From positions 6,688,001 through 6,752,000 of the forward strand of contig OZ244207.1 in assembly GCA_965216875.1 (NCBI GenBank): a stretch of 64,000 bases of DNA, written 5' to 3'. The notes under the pieces were generated by a model. It worked only from the letters and a program-made list of their open reading frames with translations, ran no database searches and had not been told where the DNA came from. Positions 1 through 9,575 of the stretch are shown one piece after another (positions within the stretch are counted from its first letter, which is position 1; every line of letters begins with the position of its first letter). The position numbers and the translations under genes were made by a program. Source of the DNA: Rubripirellula sp. GTDB lineage: Bacteria; Planctomycetota; Planctomycetia; Pirellulales; Pirellulaceae.

Positions 1-1
1 G

Positions 2-1171
2 TTTCGGATGTATCGCGAGGATACTGCCAACATCGTTCGCAGTTTGAAGCAGCGAGGATACCGAACAGGCCTGCTTGGCAAGTTGCATATCCTTCCGGAA
101 GCCGCATTTCCGTTCGACATGCGCGGTCCACTCGGATCAAACTTCAAAAGAGCGGAACTCGAGTCCTATGCCGAGCAAGCGGAAGCGTTTTTTGCCGCAG
201 GTGATGCGCCCTTTTTTCTGAGCGTGAACTACCCCGACGCACATCGCCCCTTCATCAAGCAGGTGGGCGGACTGCCAGAGAACCCGTTGACCGCGAACGA
301 TGTCAGGTCGCTCCCCATGTTCGGCCTCGATACGCCCGAACTGCGCGAGGAAACAGCAAACTACTACAACTGCATGAGTCGTCTCGACACGCTTGTGCAG
401 CAGCTGCTCGATGCGTTGCAGCGCTCGGGAAAAGCGGGTGAGACACTCGTCATTTACATTGGCGACCACGGCGCCGATTTGCTTCGAGGAAAACGCACCT
501 CTTACGAAGGCGGTGTTCGTATCCCGATGATCATTCGTTGGCCGAGTGCTGGAGTAACCGGGCAGGTTCGCCGAGAACTTGTATCCACGCTCGACCTCAT
601 GCCGACGCTGCTTGCGATCAGCGGTGCTGAGCCCGTTCGCGATCTCCCTGGGCGTTCACTTGTCCCCCTGTTACGAGGCGAAGAAGTCCAATGGAGAGAG
701 TATCTGTTTACGGAGTTTCACCTTCACTCTGCACACAATTACTTTCCGCAACGAACCGTTCGCAACGCACGTTATAAGTTGATCGAAAACTTGATACCCG
801 ATGCGGTTAATCCAGGCTATGACTTTACGATGAAGCGGTTTTTCAAATCATTGCCCTCGGCAATCGAGGCGGCGCCCAAGGAGATTCAGGCAGCTTATCA
901 CCGCATGAGACAGCCACCAAAGTACGAACTCTACGATCTGCAGGCCGATCCCTACGAATTCAAGAATCTGGCGAGCGAAGATCGTTATGCGAAGGTTTTG
1001 GCCGAGTTGGCGGGACAACTTGACCGGTGGCGAGTCGCAACGAACGATCCGATGCTGCATGTCGAAAACATCAACCGACTCAAGGCCGAGATTGATGCCT
1101 GTATGGTTGATGGCGATCCCAAGAAGTCGCGGCTTGAGTTAACGTATCCCGACTACTTCTTTAGTCGTTGA
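2..1171 (+). CDS. Sulfatase family protein (sulfamidase-like), 5'-truncated by the window edge
   Basis: GYRTGLLGKLH, DAHRP, GDHG..RGKRTSYEGGVRIP and ELYDLQADPYEFKNLA motifs; frame open from position 2, so the CxPxR motif must lie upstream. Confidence 0.9.
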   Translation, partial: FRMYREDTANIVRSLKQRGYRTGLLGKLHILPEAAFPFDMRGPLGSNFKRAELESYAEQAEAFFAAGDAPFFLSVNYPDAHRPFIKQVGGLPENPLTANDVRSLPMFGLDTPELREETANYYNCMSRLDTLVQQLLDALQRSGKAGETLVIYIGDHGADLLRGKRTSYEGGVRIPMIIRWPSAGVTGQVRRELVSTLDLMPTLLAISGAEPVRDLPGRSLVPLLRGEEVQWREYLFTEFHLHSAHNYFPQRTVRNARYKLIENLIPDAVNPGYDFTMKRFFKSLPSAIEAAPKEIQAAYHRMRQPPKYELYDLQADPYEFKNLASEDRYAKVLAELAGQLDRWRVATNDPMLHVENINRLKAEIDACMVDGDPKKSRLELTYPDYFFSR

Positions 1172-1176
1172 ACCAC

Positions 1177-1992
1177 TTACCGATCGAGTCTCAACGCTGC
1201 GGCTCCCTTTGGCAGGGCGCGCTGCCAGCCACCATAGACCGGGTTGGGCAACATGAACCAACGCGAGCCAAGCATCCTTCGCTTTGCTTTGGCGATTTCG
1301 TTTCGCTGATCCGAATCGGACGTCTCCATTTCGCTGCAAAGATCACTCATGCTGTCACCGAACATTAGGACGATGCGATGGTTTTTTGCAACCATCGCGC
1401 GGCGAGAAACCTTGTCGCCCGCGCGTCCCCGTTCCGCGTTTTTCGTCAACACGTTCTCCGCATTCGCTGTGAACCCAAGCTCGTTTAAGTTCTTGATTGT
1501 CGCCTCTTTCACCTCGTCGCGGCGGTTGGTCACAAAGTAAACGCTGACACCAAGGCCGCGGGCTGCTTTGACAAATTCAAGAGCTCCAGGGATGGCACCA
1601 GCTTTGCCCTCCTGACACCACGCATTCCAAGACTCCGTCGAATACTCTTTGCCCTCGGCGATGTTGCGTGCGTTGTAGGCGGAATTGTCGAGGACCGTTT
1701 CATCACAATCGAGGATGATCGCGGGTTTCTTGTCTTGGAATCCACCGCGATCAAGTTGCGCTTCGTCGGCCGACCAGTTCGGGTCATGCAAGCCGACCGA
1801 CAGTTGTGTCAGCGCCGCACGATAAGTCTGTTCAGTCAACAGGCGATACTCGGCAGCGTTTTGCATCCATGTCAAAGCGCTGTACCGATAGTCCGCCTCG
1901 ACATCGACTTCTTGGGCAGGCGAAGGGTTCGCCAAGGTTCCAAGCAGTAAAAGGGAGAACGCAACGACTTGAATTCGACAAACAGCGATCAT
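1177..1992 (-). CDS. Class C acid phosphatase / 5'-nucleotidase, e(P4) family (HAD), secreted
   Basis: DCDETVLDNS motif I, VTNR, FGDSMSD and LPNPVYGGW; N-terminal signal peptide. Confidence 0.9.
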   Translation of the reverse strand: MIAVCRIQVVAFSLLLLGTLANPSPAQEVDVEADYRYSALTWMQNAAEYRLLTEQTYRAALTQLSVGLHDPNWSADEAQLDRGGFQDKKPAIILDCDETVLDNSAYNARNIAEGKEYSTESWNAWCQEGKAGAIPGALEFVKAARGLGVSVYFVTNRRDEVKEATIKNLNELGFTANAENVLTKNAERGRAGDKVSRRAMVAKNHRIVLMFGDSMSDLCSEMETSDSDQRNEIAKAKRRMLGSRWFMLPNPVYGGWQRALPKGAAALRLDR

Positions 1993-2038
1993 GTTGCACC
2001 AAGTTGTTGATGAGATGCCATCGAAGTTACCCCTTTGA

Positions 2039-2267
2039 ATCTGTCGCCCTCAGGGCTTCGCCGTGAGCGAACCTGCATACCGGCGGCTGACGCCGCCGGC
2101 TGTGATTTACCGCCCTCCGGGCTAAGCAGCACATTGGCACTGTAGCCCGGAGGGCGAAATATTCTTGCCGATGGCGTTAGCCACCGGACCTGAGGTCTCA
2201 CTCTAGGTAAGCCCGGAGGACGCTACATCGACTTCATGCTTCGAAGATCTGTCGCCCACTGGGGCTA
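2039..2267. repeat. REP-like palindrome cluster (TGTCGCCCTCMGGGCT / AGCCCGGAGGGCG family)
   Basis: Perfect 14-bp inverted repeat at 2111-2124/2143-2156, further copies at ~2041, ~2210 and ~2250, and CCGGCGGCTGACGCCGCCGG-type hairpins. Confidence 0.75.
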
Positions 2268-2317
2268 GCGCGGGGACCATCTTTCCATTTTCAGCAATCA
2301 ATGGGGCGTTTTCCAAG

Positions 2318-2391
2318 TCGGGCAGACAGGATTTGAACCTGCGACCTACACGTCCCGAACGTGTCGCGCTACCAGGCTGCGCCACTGCCCG
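2318..2391 (-). tRNA. tRNA-Pro (anticodon CGG), CCA not encoded
   Basis: Minus strand reads CGGGCAG-TGGCGCAGCCTGGTAGCGCG-ACACG TTCGGGA CGTGT-AGGTC-GCAGGTTCAAATCCTGT-CTGCCCG-A, a full cloverleaf. Confidence 0.97.
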
Positions 2392-2635
2392 TTGAAACGA
2401 TCGAATCATCGTCGCTTGCCCGACCAGGCGAGTCAATGCTCTTGAAAGCGACTCGGCGGTTTCTTTGACGCTTCCAATGCGACAAGGTGTACAGTTTATC
2501 GAATCCAAGCACGCCGAGGTTCTAGCGAGGCCGGTGTGATCAGGGAAGATTCACCAACCGTCTTTTCGATTCAACTCAACGCGTGTCCCATCATCTTCCA
2601 CGCCCGTTCTTCCGGGCTCCCTGGTTCAGGAAGGA

Positions 2636-4123
2636 CTAGCCGAGCCTTCGGATGAGGTTCATCTGCCTGTCGGAATGTCCGTAGTACTTCAGGTCGAGCT
2701 CAACGAGGTTGGACTTTTCCAGAATGGGCTTCATGTGCGAGAAGCATTCGAAGCTGTACGCGCCGTGGTAGCGTCCCATGCCGCTGTTGCCGACTCCGCC
2801 GAAAGGAAGATTGGTATTGGTGATTTGCATCACCGCGTCGTTGATGGCGCCGCTTCCGAAGGGAATCTCGCTGAGAAACCGTTTCTTCGTCGCTTCGTTC
2901 GTTGTGAAAAGGTAGGCCGCGAGCGGCTTTTCATAGTCGCGGACGATCTCGAACGCCTCATCCAGCGTTTCGTATTCGATCACGGAAAGAATGGGACCGA
3001 AGACTTCGTCTTGCATGACGGCGTCGTCGAGAGAAACGTTGTGCAGCACGGTCGGCTCAATCACCCGCTCTTCTCGGTTTGTGCCACCGCCGAAATAGAC
3101 CTTCTGAGGATCGATCAGGGCTGCGACGCGATCAAAGTTGCGTTCATTGATGATGCGAACGAAGTTGCCGTTGCTGACCGAGTAATCGTGCTTCTTGATT
3201 TCGTGAACAAGTCGATCGAGGACACGTTGTTTGACGCTCCTGTGAGCAAGGACATAATCGGGCGCCAAGCAAAGCTGGCCCGAATTGACGAACTTCGCCC
3301 AGACGAGTCGTTTGACACCGACGTCAACGGCCGCGTCCTCAGTGATGATGGCAGGATTCTTGCCGCCAAGCTCCAACGTGACGTTGGTTAGGTGTGGCGC
3401 GGCAGCCTTGTTGACGATTCGTCCAACCTGAGAACTGCCAGTGAAGAAGATTTTGTCCCACCGCTGGTCGAGAAGCGCCGTCGTTTCTGGAATCCCTCCT
3501 TCAACCACGTGCAGGTAGCTCGCGTCAAAGTTCTCGTTGATCAACCTTGCCATCAAGCGGCTTGTCTCTTGCGGAAGTTCACTCGGTTTCAGCACGGTGG
3601 CGTTACCGGCCATCATTGATCCGACGACCGGGGTCAGCGACAGGTTGTAGGGAAAGTTCCATGCTCCAATCACCAAGCTGACGCCCAAGGGCTCGGGTAC
3701 GAGATAACTCTTACCGGGCATGTTCAAGAGATTCGTGCGCACCTTTCGCGGCTTTGCCCACTTGTGAAGGTTCTTGATGGCAAGCTCAAGTTCTTCAAAG
3801 AGCGGAAAGAGTTCCGTCAACTGAGTGTGGTGTTTGGATTTACCAAAGTCGTTATCGATCGCCTCGTAAAGTTCCGATTCGTGTCGCTGAAGCAGGTGCT
3901 TGAGTTTCTTCAGTTGCTCGATCCGGTACGCGACTGGCAGCGTAGCATTGCTGCGGTAGTACCGACGTTGGTTTGCGACGAGTTCTTGAATTCTGTTTTC
4001 GGTCATGGCTTGTTGGACCTTGTCGTTCTCAGTTTCGCGCGAATGATCCGACGGATTTTGGTTGGTGATACGAGTAGGGTCATTGCTTGGGCGAGTTGGC
4101 TCGGTGGTCAGTAAAGTGGTCAT
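2636..4123 (-). CDS. NAD(P)-dependent aldehyde dehydrogenase (ALDH3 / fatty or coniferyl aldehyde type)
   Basis: WNFP, FTGS, LELGGK, catalytic GQLC, EVFGP and PFGGVGNSG motifs. Confidence 0.93.
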   Translation of the reverse strand: MTTLLTTEPTRPSNDPTRITNQNPSDHSRETENDKVQQAMTENRIQELVANQRRYYRSNATLPVAYRIEQLKKLKHLLQRHESELYEAIDNDFGKSKHHTQLTELFPLFEELELAIKNLHKWAKPRKVRTNLLNMPGKSYLVPEPLGVSLVIGAWNFPYNLSLTPVVGSMMAGNATVLKPSELPQETSRLMARLINENFDASYLHVVEGGIPETTALLDQRWDKIFFTGSSQVGRIVNKAAAPHLTNVTLELGGKNPAIITEDAAVDVGVKRLVWAKFVNSGQLCLAPDYVLAHRSVKQRVLDRLVHEIKKHDYSVSNGNFVRIINERNFDRVAALIDPQKVYFGGGTNREERVIEPTVLHNVSLDDAVMQDEVFGPILSVIEYETLDEAFEIVRDYEKPLAAYLFTTNEATKKRFLSEIPFGSGAINDAVMQITNTNLPFGGVGNSGMGRYHGAYSFECFSHMKPILEKSNLVELDLKYYGHSDRQMNLIRRLG

Positions 4124-4156
4124 GGCTCAGGCTCCTTCGAACGGTTGATTGGTTTG

Positions 4157-5422
4157 CTAGACGGCGACGTGGATGTGATCGGACGCTTCCCGCATTTCAC
4201 GCGTTTCGTTCATTTGTGGATCGCGGGATTCGACAGTGGTTGGTGAGGTGATACCGGCGAGGATTGCCTTGCAGTGCCTTGAGGTCATCCGTTTTGGCAC
4301 GGCGTAGAACCAACGGGCTTCCTTGAGTGCGTTCTTCGCGATCGCGTCGAAGTCCTCTTCTTGGACTGCGCCTAGGGCACTCGGCAGTCCTAGTTGCTTG
4401 CCCAGCGACTCGACTCGGCTTATGAACCGCTCAGCGAGCACATCGTCCGCACCAGTGTTCCCGCTGACCAACCTCTCGAGTTCGGCCAGCCGAGACGATG
4501 AAACAGGTTTGTTGAACCTCATGACGTGGGGAAGGATGACTGCGTTGGCTAACCCATGAGGTGTGTTGTAGTGAGCACTCAGTTGGTGCGAGATGGCGTG
4601 TACGTAACCGAGGCCTGATTTATTGAAGGCATGCCCGGAGAGGAAAGACGCCAAAGCAACCTCCTCACGTGCTTTGACGTTGTTCCCGTCCGCGTAGGCC
4701 AACGGAAGCTGGTCCAAAAGCAATTTGATCGCCAACTTTGCGTCTCGTTCGGCGTCTGCGAAACGATTGAGTGACGTGTAGGCTTCGATTGCGTGCGTCA
4801 GAGCATCCATGCCCGTCGATGCGGTAATGTGAGGTGGAAGCGATTTCAGCATGTTCGCGTCGAGGGCGGCTGCCGTCGGGACCAGCTTTGCATCGACAAC
4901 GAAGCGCTTCTGGTGGGTGACCGGATCCGAGATCACCGCAGCGCTGGTGACTTCCGAGCCTGTCCCGGAAGTGGTCGGAACCACGTAAAAGGGTAAGGTT
5001 GGTTTCTTTACTTTGAGCAGCCCCAGAATCTGGTGAACGCTCACACCGTTTGAGACACACGCCGCGATGACCTTTGCGGCGTCGATCGCAGAGCCTCCAC
5101 CGACGCAAAAGACACTGTCACATCGATTCTCTTTGGCCTTGCGAATTCCATTCTCGATGACGTCGTAGGTAGGGTTGGGAAGGATGCCGTCAAAAACGGT
5201 CACTTCGCATCCCTCGCTTCTTAAACGCTCAAGCACCTCGTCGAGCTGTCCACGCTGTAAAAGGCTCTTTCCGGTAACAACGAGCGGTCGCGTGTGTCCC
5301 GAAGCGCGGAGCAGTGATGCGAGTTGGTTCGAGGAGTCGACGCCGGTCAGCAGCAGCGGTTTTTCAGCTCGAAAGAGCTTGGTGAACAGCTTCAGCGAAG
5401 TATTGGTGATTCGCTTGATCAT
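4157..5422 (-). CDS. Iron-containing alcohol dehydrogenase
   Basis: GGGSAIDAAK, PTTSGTGSE, GMDALTHAIE, HAISH and HGLANA; ATG at 5422 with GGGAG upstream. Confidence 0.93.
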   Translation of the reverse strand: MIKRITNTSLKLFTKLFRAEKPLLLTGVDSSNQLASLLRASGHTRPLVVTGKSLLQRGQLDEVLERLRSEGCEVTVFDGILPNPTYDVIENGIRKAKENRCDSVFCVGGGSAIDAAKVIAACVSNGVSVHQILGLLKVKKPTLPFYVVPTTSGTGSEVTSAAVISDPVTHQKRFVVDAKLVPTAAALDANMLKSLPPHITASTGMDALTHAIEAYTSLNRFADAERDAKLAIKLLLDQLPLAYADGNNVKAREEVALASFLSGHAFNKSGLGYVHAISHQLSAHYNTPHGLANAVILPHVMRFNKPVSSSRLAELERLVSGNTGADDVLAERFISRVESLGKQLGLPSALGAVQEEDFDAIAKNALKEARWFYAVPKRMTSRHCKAILAGITSPTTVESRDPQMNETREMREASDHIHVAV

Positions 5423-5484
5423 CTTTTCGGGCTCCCTTATTGAGGCTTTTCGAGTGCGTGGCAAAGCTTGTTGTCGATGGCTAA

Positions 5485-5504
5485 ACTACACTGCACAGTG
5501 TAGT
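5485..5504. promoter_or_regulatory. TetR operator 1 (ACTACACTG-CA-CAGTGTAGT) overlapping the -10 box of the ADH promoter
   Basis: Perfect 9-bp inverted repeat; minus-strand TTGACC(5526-5521)-18 nt-TACACT(5502-5497). Confidence 0.8.
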
Positions 5505-5634
5505 GTGGTAGCGGGTTTCGGGTCAAGCCAATTCAGGCGCTTTTGCGATGCGAGGCATGAAAGTCACGAAAAGTCTGCTGAAAACGACCAGAATTGGGCC
5601 GTTTTTTTGCCACCAACGCTGTCCGCCAGCGAGA

Positions 5635-5680
5635 TTGCCCGAAAAGAAGTCTCCCGATAGACTGCACTGTGTAGTGTGGA
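5635..5680 (+). promoter_or_regulatory. tetR promoter TTGCCC-17-TAGACT with operator 2 (5661-5680)
   Basis: ACTGCACTGTGTAGTGTGGA matches the reverse complement of operator 1 at 16/20 positions and overlaps the -10 box. Confidence 0.7.
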
Positions 5681-5708
5681 CACTTAGTCGAAATGATGGA
5701 GTCGAGAG

Positions 5709-6332
5709 ATGACGGCGAAGACGAAGACGCCCAAACGTCGCAAGAGCCCGAAGCGAGCCGCGGTCATTAAGGCGGCCACCGAAGAGTTTCTCTCACGCGG
5801 ATTCGAGGGGACGAGCATGGACCGGATTGCCGAGTCGGCGAATGTCTCAAAACGGACGGTCTATGATCACTTTCCCAGCAAAGACGATCTGTTTCAGGCA
5901 ATCGTTGACGAGATTCTGCAACGTGTTGAAGAGATGCCAGTCCATGAGTACTCCGCAGACGAGCCGTTGGACGAACAATTGCGCGAGATTGGCAGCTTGT
6001 TTGCAAACACCATCACCGGCCGACAATTCATGAAGCTTTCCAAGGTCGTGATCGCTTGCTTTATCCAGTCGCCCGATTGGGCTCATAACACCATGAAGGC
6101 CTATGATCGCTTGCGTCGGGACATGATTGCTTTCTTTAAGGCGGGAAAGAAAGATGGTCGTCTCAAGATCAGTAACCCCGAGAGAGCGGCGGCGCAGTTT
6201 TGCGGTTTGATCAAGGAGGTGGCATTTTGGCCAGAGCTGATGGCTGGTCAAAAGCCGGTCACTTCACGAGAACGAAACGCCGCAGTCAAAGAGGCTGTCG
6301 ACATCTTCCTGGCGCACTACGCCATTCCCTAG
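5709..6332 (+). CDS. TetR/AcrR family transcriptional regulator
   Basis: GFEGTSMDRIAESANVSKRTVYDHFPSKDDLF HTH; divergent from the ADH-ALDH genes. Confidence 0.95.
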   Translation: MTAKTKTPKRRKSPKRAAVIKAATEEFLSRGFEGTSMDRIAESANVSKRTVYDHFPSKDDLFQAIVDEILQRVEEMPVHEYSADEPLDEQLREIGSLFANTITGRQFMKLSKVVIACFIQSPDWAHNTMKAYDRLRRDMIAFFKAGKKDGRLKISNPERAAAQFCGLIKEVAFWPELMAGQKPVTSRERNAAVKEAVDIFLAHYAIP

Positions 6333-6361
6333 TCAGAAAAATGCTCGAGTGTCGATTTGGG

Positions 6362-6838
6362 TTAAGCTGAGGCAGGCTCGCGCAAGTGGTGATACCCGAA
6401 TTGAAAGTTGCGGCATCGCAGATAAGACGGGGGTAGATCTGCATCGACAGGATCGATTGGAACTTGTTCTGTGTGAGTGACAAGAACGTCGATGCGATCG
6501 TCATGAATTTCCACGCAGCCTTCCAAGCTCGGTTTCAATGCGAGATGGAAATTGTCTTCGTAGCGGCTGGTGACTCCGCAAAGGTACACGAAGGGGGCGG
6601 GATATTCATCGAGAGAAAACTTGACCTCCAGCGGAATCTCGCTGGAGCGGTGATCGTATTTGAAACGTTGCGTTTTCTTTCCCTTCAAGCACTTCTGGCA
6701 ATGGTGCCGCGGGTCAAACCCCGTCACGTACATCAGCCAAAGCCAACGAAACGCGCGTCCTCGCACCACGAGGCTTATCGTGGCCGCCGATTCCCCTTCA
6801 CCAAATTTCACCATACGCCTCTTTCCGCCGGTAAGCAC
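6362..6838 (-). CDS. Hypothetical protein with HCxxC plus further Cys/His (possible metal site); start may be ATG 6814
   Basis: Globular-looking 150-158 aa ORF with HHCQKCL, YLCG, NFHL and CRNFQFG; no family recognised. Confidence 0.65.
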   Translation of the reverse strand: MLTGGKRRMVKFGEGESAATISLVVRGRAFRWLWLMYVTGFDPRHHCQKCLKGKKTQRFKYDHRSSEIPLEVKFSLDEYPAPFVYLCGVTSRYEDNFHLALKPSLEGCVEIHDDRIDVLVTHTEQVPIDPVDADLPPSYLRCRNFQFGYHHLREPASA

Positions 6839-7024
6839 GATTTTGCAGCCGCACCCGACGTTCCTGTTTACTTGTGATACACAGGGCTTCTCCCCGACCA
6901 GAATCTACCTGTTAGTTGTCCCGTTTCAATTCGAGTTTCAGGCAATGCCCCCAATGAACAATGTCAATTTGTTTACATCAACGGCGATAGGTGTAAGTAT
7001 GTATGGACGAAACCTGACCTATCG

Positions 7025-7112
7025 ATCAGCCGCAGAGCGCTAGCTCGCGGTTTCTTCGGTTTAGGCGACTCGCAGCATGTAAGAACCGCACACTATCGCG
7101 TTGCGGCTGATG
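7025..7112. repeat. REP doublet upstream of RAYT (ATCAGCCG..GCGNTAGC..GCGGTT family)
   Basis: 7025-7054 and an inverted copy at 7083-7112. Confidence 0.85.
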
Positions 7113-7127
7113 GTATGGGGCAATGCC

Positions 7128-7610
7128 ATGAACGAGGATCCGCTCGGTTTCTTCATCACTTGGACGGTTTACGGCACTTGGCTGCAAGGCGACGAGCGCG
7201 GCTGGCGTCGGTATCGAGGTGGGCACAAGACACCGCAACCGCTCTTGGCAGATTGGCGTCGGGAGCGGTTACTGCATCCGATATTGCTTCTGACCGACAA
7301 ACATAGGGAATGCGTTTCCCACGAGATTGAATCACACTGCACTCGACGCGGTTGGAAGCTGTGGGTGGCCAACCCACGAACCAACCATGTCCACGTGGTT
7401 GTTACAGCAGTCGGATACGATGGGGCGCGAGTCCGAGATCAATTGAAGGCCAATGCAACACGCGGCTTGCGTGAATTTGACGCCCGATTTACCGGCCGCC
7501 CCGTATGGACCCGCGGTGGAGATTGGCAATGTGTAAACACAGAAGACGACCTCGCAGCGGTCATCCTATACGCAAGTGAAGTGCAAGACGCAAGACACCA
7601 AGATGAATGA
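7128..7610 (+). mobile_element. REP-associated tyrosine transposase (RAYT / TnpA-REP, HUH Y1 superfamily)
   Basis: FFITWTVYGTWLQGD N-terminus, NHVH HUH motif, VWTRG, C-terminal ILY catalytic Tyr; REPs on both sides. Confidence 0.88.
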
Positions 7611-7627
7611 CCATCAACGTCTACCAA

Positions 7628-7809
7628 CATCAGCCGCTGAGCGATAGCTCGCGGTTCTCGATTCTGGGCAGGATGTAGGAACGGCACGCTATCGCGTCGC
7701 GGCTGATGGGTTCATGGGCAGGGGCTAGAAACCGTACGCTATCGCGTGGCGGCTGATGGGTTCATGGGCAGGAGTCAGAAACCGCAGGCTATCGTGTGGC
7801 GGCTGATTG
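7628..7809. repeat. REP array downstream of RAYT: one forward REP plus three inverted REPs in a 50-bp tandem
   Basis: Forward REP 7628-7658; units TGGGCAGG...GCTATCGYGTSGCGGCTGAT start at 7665, 7715 and 7765. Confidence 0.9.
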
Positions 7810-7815
7810 TCAGGC

Positions 7816-9318
7816 CTACCTGTTGTCGCGGTATTGCTCGACGGCTTGATCACCCGGGTACTTTGGGACGCCGCCGATGTACGGGTAGGCATCGAACTGC
7901 ACTTCAGCTGACGTTTCCCGCGGGTCTTCGAGCTTGACCAGTGCCGCGGATAAGCGGGTCGACAGCTCCTTTTTGACTTTGGCGTACTCAGGTTGACCGG
8001 CAACGTTGATGACTTGATCGGGATCATCGGCCACAACGTACAGCTCCTCGGCTGGGCGTTTGCCGAAACTCAACTGGTAATGCTCCTTGATGCTCGGGTC
8101 GGCATCGCGGTTGATCCATAGGTACGACTTGGTTGGCCCATTGTCGCAATCACCGAGCCAAGCTCCCTTTTTGTAGGCGGTCGCGTGGTCCGGCGTTCCA
8201 GCGGGCCAGCGGTCCGGCGCGTAATTGCGAATGTAAAGGTATTCGTCGGTGCGGATTGCGCGCGATGGATAACCGTCGTCGTTATCGTGCTGGCAATCCG
8301 TATGCCGCTCGCGTCCGTAAACGATGGCGTCCCGGTCCGTTTGCAGACGCCCCGCTTTATCGCTGTTGAGAATCGTGACCAACGAACGCCCCGTCATCGA
8401 ATCCGGAACGGCAACCCCTGCAGCCTCGAGAAAGGTTGGTGCAAGGTCGGTGGTGGAAACAAAGTCGGTCACCGTTCGTCCCGGTTTGACTATCCCGTTT
8501 CCCCAGCGGATCGCCAACGGAACACGGCTTCCCCAGTCGTACAGGTTTCCTTTGCAGCGTGGAAACGGCATGCCGTGATCGCCAGACATCGCGATCACCG
8601 TGTTCTCGAGCTGACCGGCTTCTTCGAGCAATTGAAGCGCTTCGAGCACGTCGTTGTCCCAACGCTCAACTTCGAAATAGTAGTCGGCGATATCGCTGCG
8701 GACTTCCTCGACATTCGGATAGAAATCGGGCACGGGAACTTTGTCGATGTCCATGCCGCTCTGACGCCCGGTGCCTTTCTTGTAAGCCCGATGTGGGTCC
8801 GACGTACCGAACCAAAAGCAAAATGGCTTTTGCGGATCTCGGTCCTGCATGAATTTCGCGAAGCTTTGTTGCTTGCCACAGGGATGCGATTGGTACCCGC
8901 CTTGAGCATACTTGCCGGGGCCCCATGCCTTTCGCCAATGCCCTGTTTGGTAACCTGCTTGCTCGAGCAAGCGGACGAACGTCGGATGCTTGAAGTCGAG
9001 GGCCCCGTACAGATTGGCGCCGGTCCCCAAACGAAAGAACTGCTGACCGGTGAGAACGGCGTTACGCGACGGCGTGCATGACGGAGAGGAGATGAAGGCG
9101 TGCTCGAACAACACGCCCTCTTTCGCCAACCGATCAAACGCTGGTGTTTTGACGACCGGATCACCGTAAGCTCCAGCATGCGGCCAGCCCCAGTCGTCTG
9201 CGAAACAGAACAGGATGTTCGGCCGGCTTTTACGATCGGAATCAGCAGCATCGGCAGTCTGCGGTTGCCCGGCAAAACCAGCGAGAGCAACAAACGCTAT
9301 CCAGCAAACGATTCTCAT
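7816..9318 (-). CDS. Secreted formylglycine-dependent (S1) sulfatase
   Basis: RPNILFCFADD, SCTPSR (CxPxR), DPHR, SGDHG; signal peptide; GGAG before ATG 9318. Confidence 0.95.
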   Translation of the reverse strand: MRIVCWIAFVALAGFAGQPQTADAADSDRKSRPNILFCFADDWGWPHAGAYGDPVVKTPAFDRLAKEGVLFEHAFISSPSCTPSRNAVLTGQQFFRLGTGANLYGALDFKHPTFVRLLEQAGYQTGHWRKAWGPGKYAQGGYQSHPCGKQQSFAKFMQDRDPQKPFCFWFGTSDPHRAYKKGTGRQSGMDIDKVPVPDFYPNVEEVRSDIADYYFEVERWDNDVLEALQLLEEAGQLENTVIAMSGDHGMPFPRCKGNLYDWGSRVPLAIRWGNGIVKPGRTVTDFVSTTDLAPTFLEAAGVAVPDSMTGRSLVTILNSDKAGRLQTDRDAIVYGRERHTDCQHDNDDGYPSRAIRTDEYLYIRNYAPDRWPAGTPDHATAYKKGAWLGDCDNGPTKSYLWINRDADPSIKEHYQLSFGKRPAEELYVVADDPDQVINVAGQPEYAKVKKELSTRLSAALVKLEDPRETSAEVQFDAYPYIGGVPKYPGDQAVEQYRDNR

Positions 9319-9380
9319 GGTGTGTCTCTCCAGGTCGATCTCGGTTGTCCGACGGATATTGTCGGTTCGATTGATCGTGT

Positions 9381-9519
9381 CATCAACCGCCGCCCGTAGT
9401 GGATGAGGCAACGAATCCCAGAGCGAGAACTCTCGGGCGCCCGCCGAAGACGAATGGAACGTGGTGGATCCGTAGATAAAAGGGACTCGTGGCCTCGTCC
9501 ACTACTTTAGAACTTGAAT
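9381..9519 (+). repeat. 139-bp direct repeat, copy 1 (contains a GTAGTGGA-family REP doublet)
   Basis: Colinear with 11132-11270; GTAGTGGATGAGGCAACGAATCCC at 9396 and its inverse at 9482-9505. Confidence 0.92.
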
Positions 9520-9575
9520 ACCGTGTGCCCGCCGTCGACAACATGCTTCTTTACGAACCCTGTGCTCGCTGTCAT
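9507..9575 (-). pseudogene. Deleted duplicate fragment of the 3' part of the 11258-12187 gene
   Basis: 9507-9519 matches that gene's FKF-stop end (11258-11270); 9522-9575 matches 11513-11565 (KKHVVD.GHT). Confidence 0.75.

Noticed and set aside
2318..2391. tRNA-Pro as an island integration site
   Set aside because: No integrase and no duplicated tRNA 3' end are visible in the window; it cannot be excluded beyond the left edge.
2203..2508. 101-aa ORF
   Set aside because: It overlaps the tRNA and REP cluster and has no protein-like features.
7665..7809. Regularly spaced repeats as a CRISPR array
   Set aside because: The inter-repeat segments are near-identical rather than unique spacers, inverted copies exist, there are no cas genes, and the adjacent gene is a RAYT.
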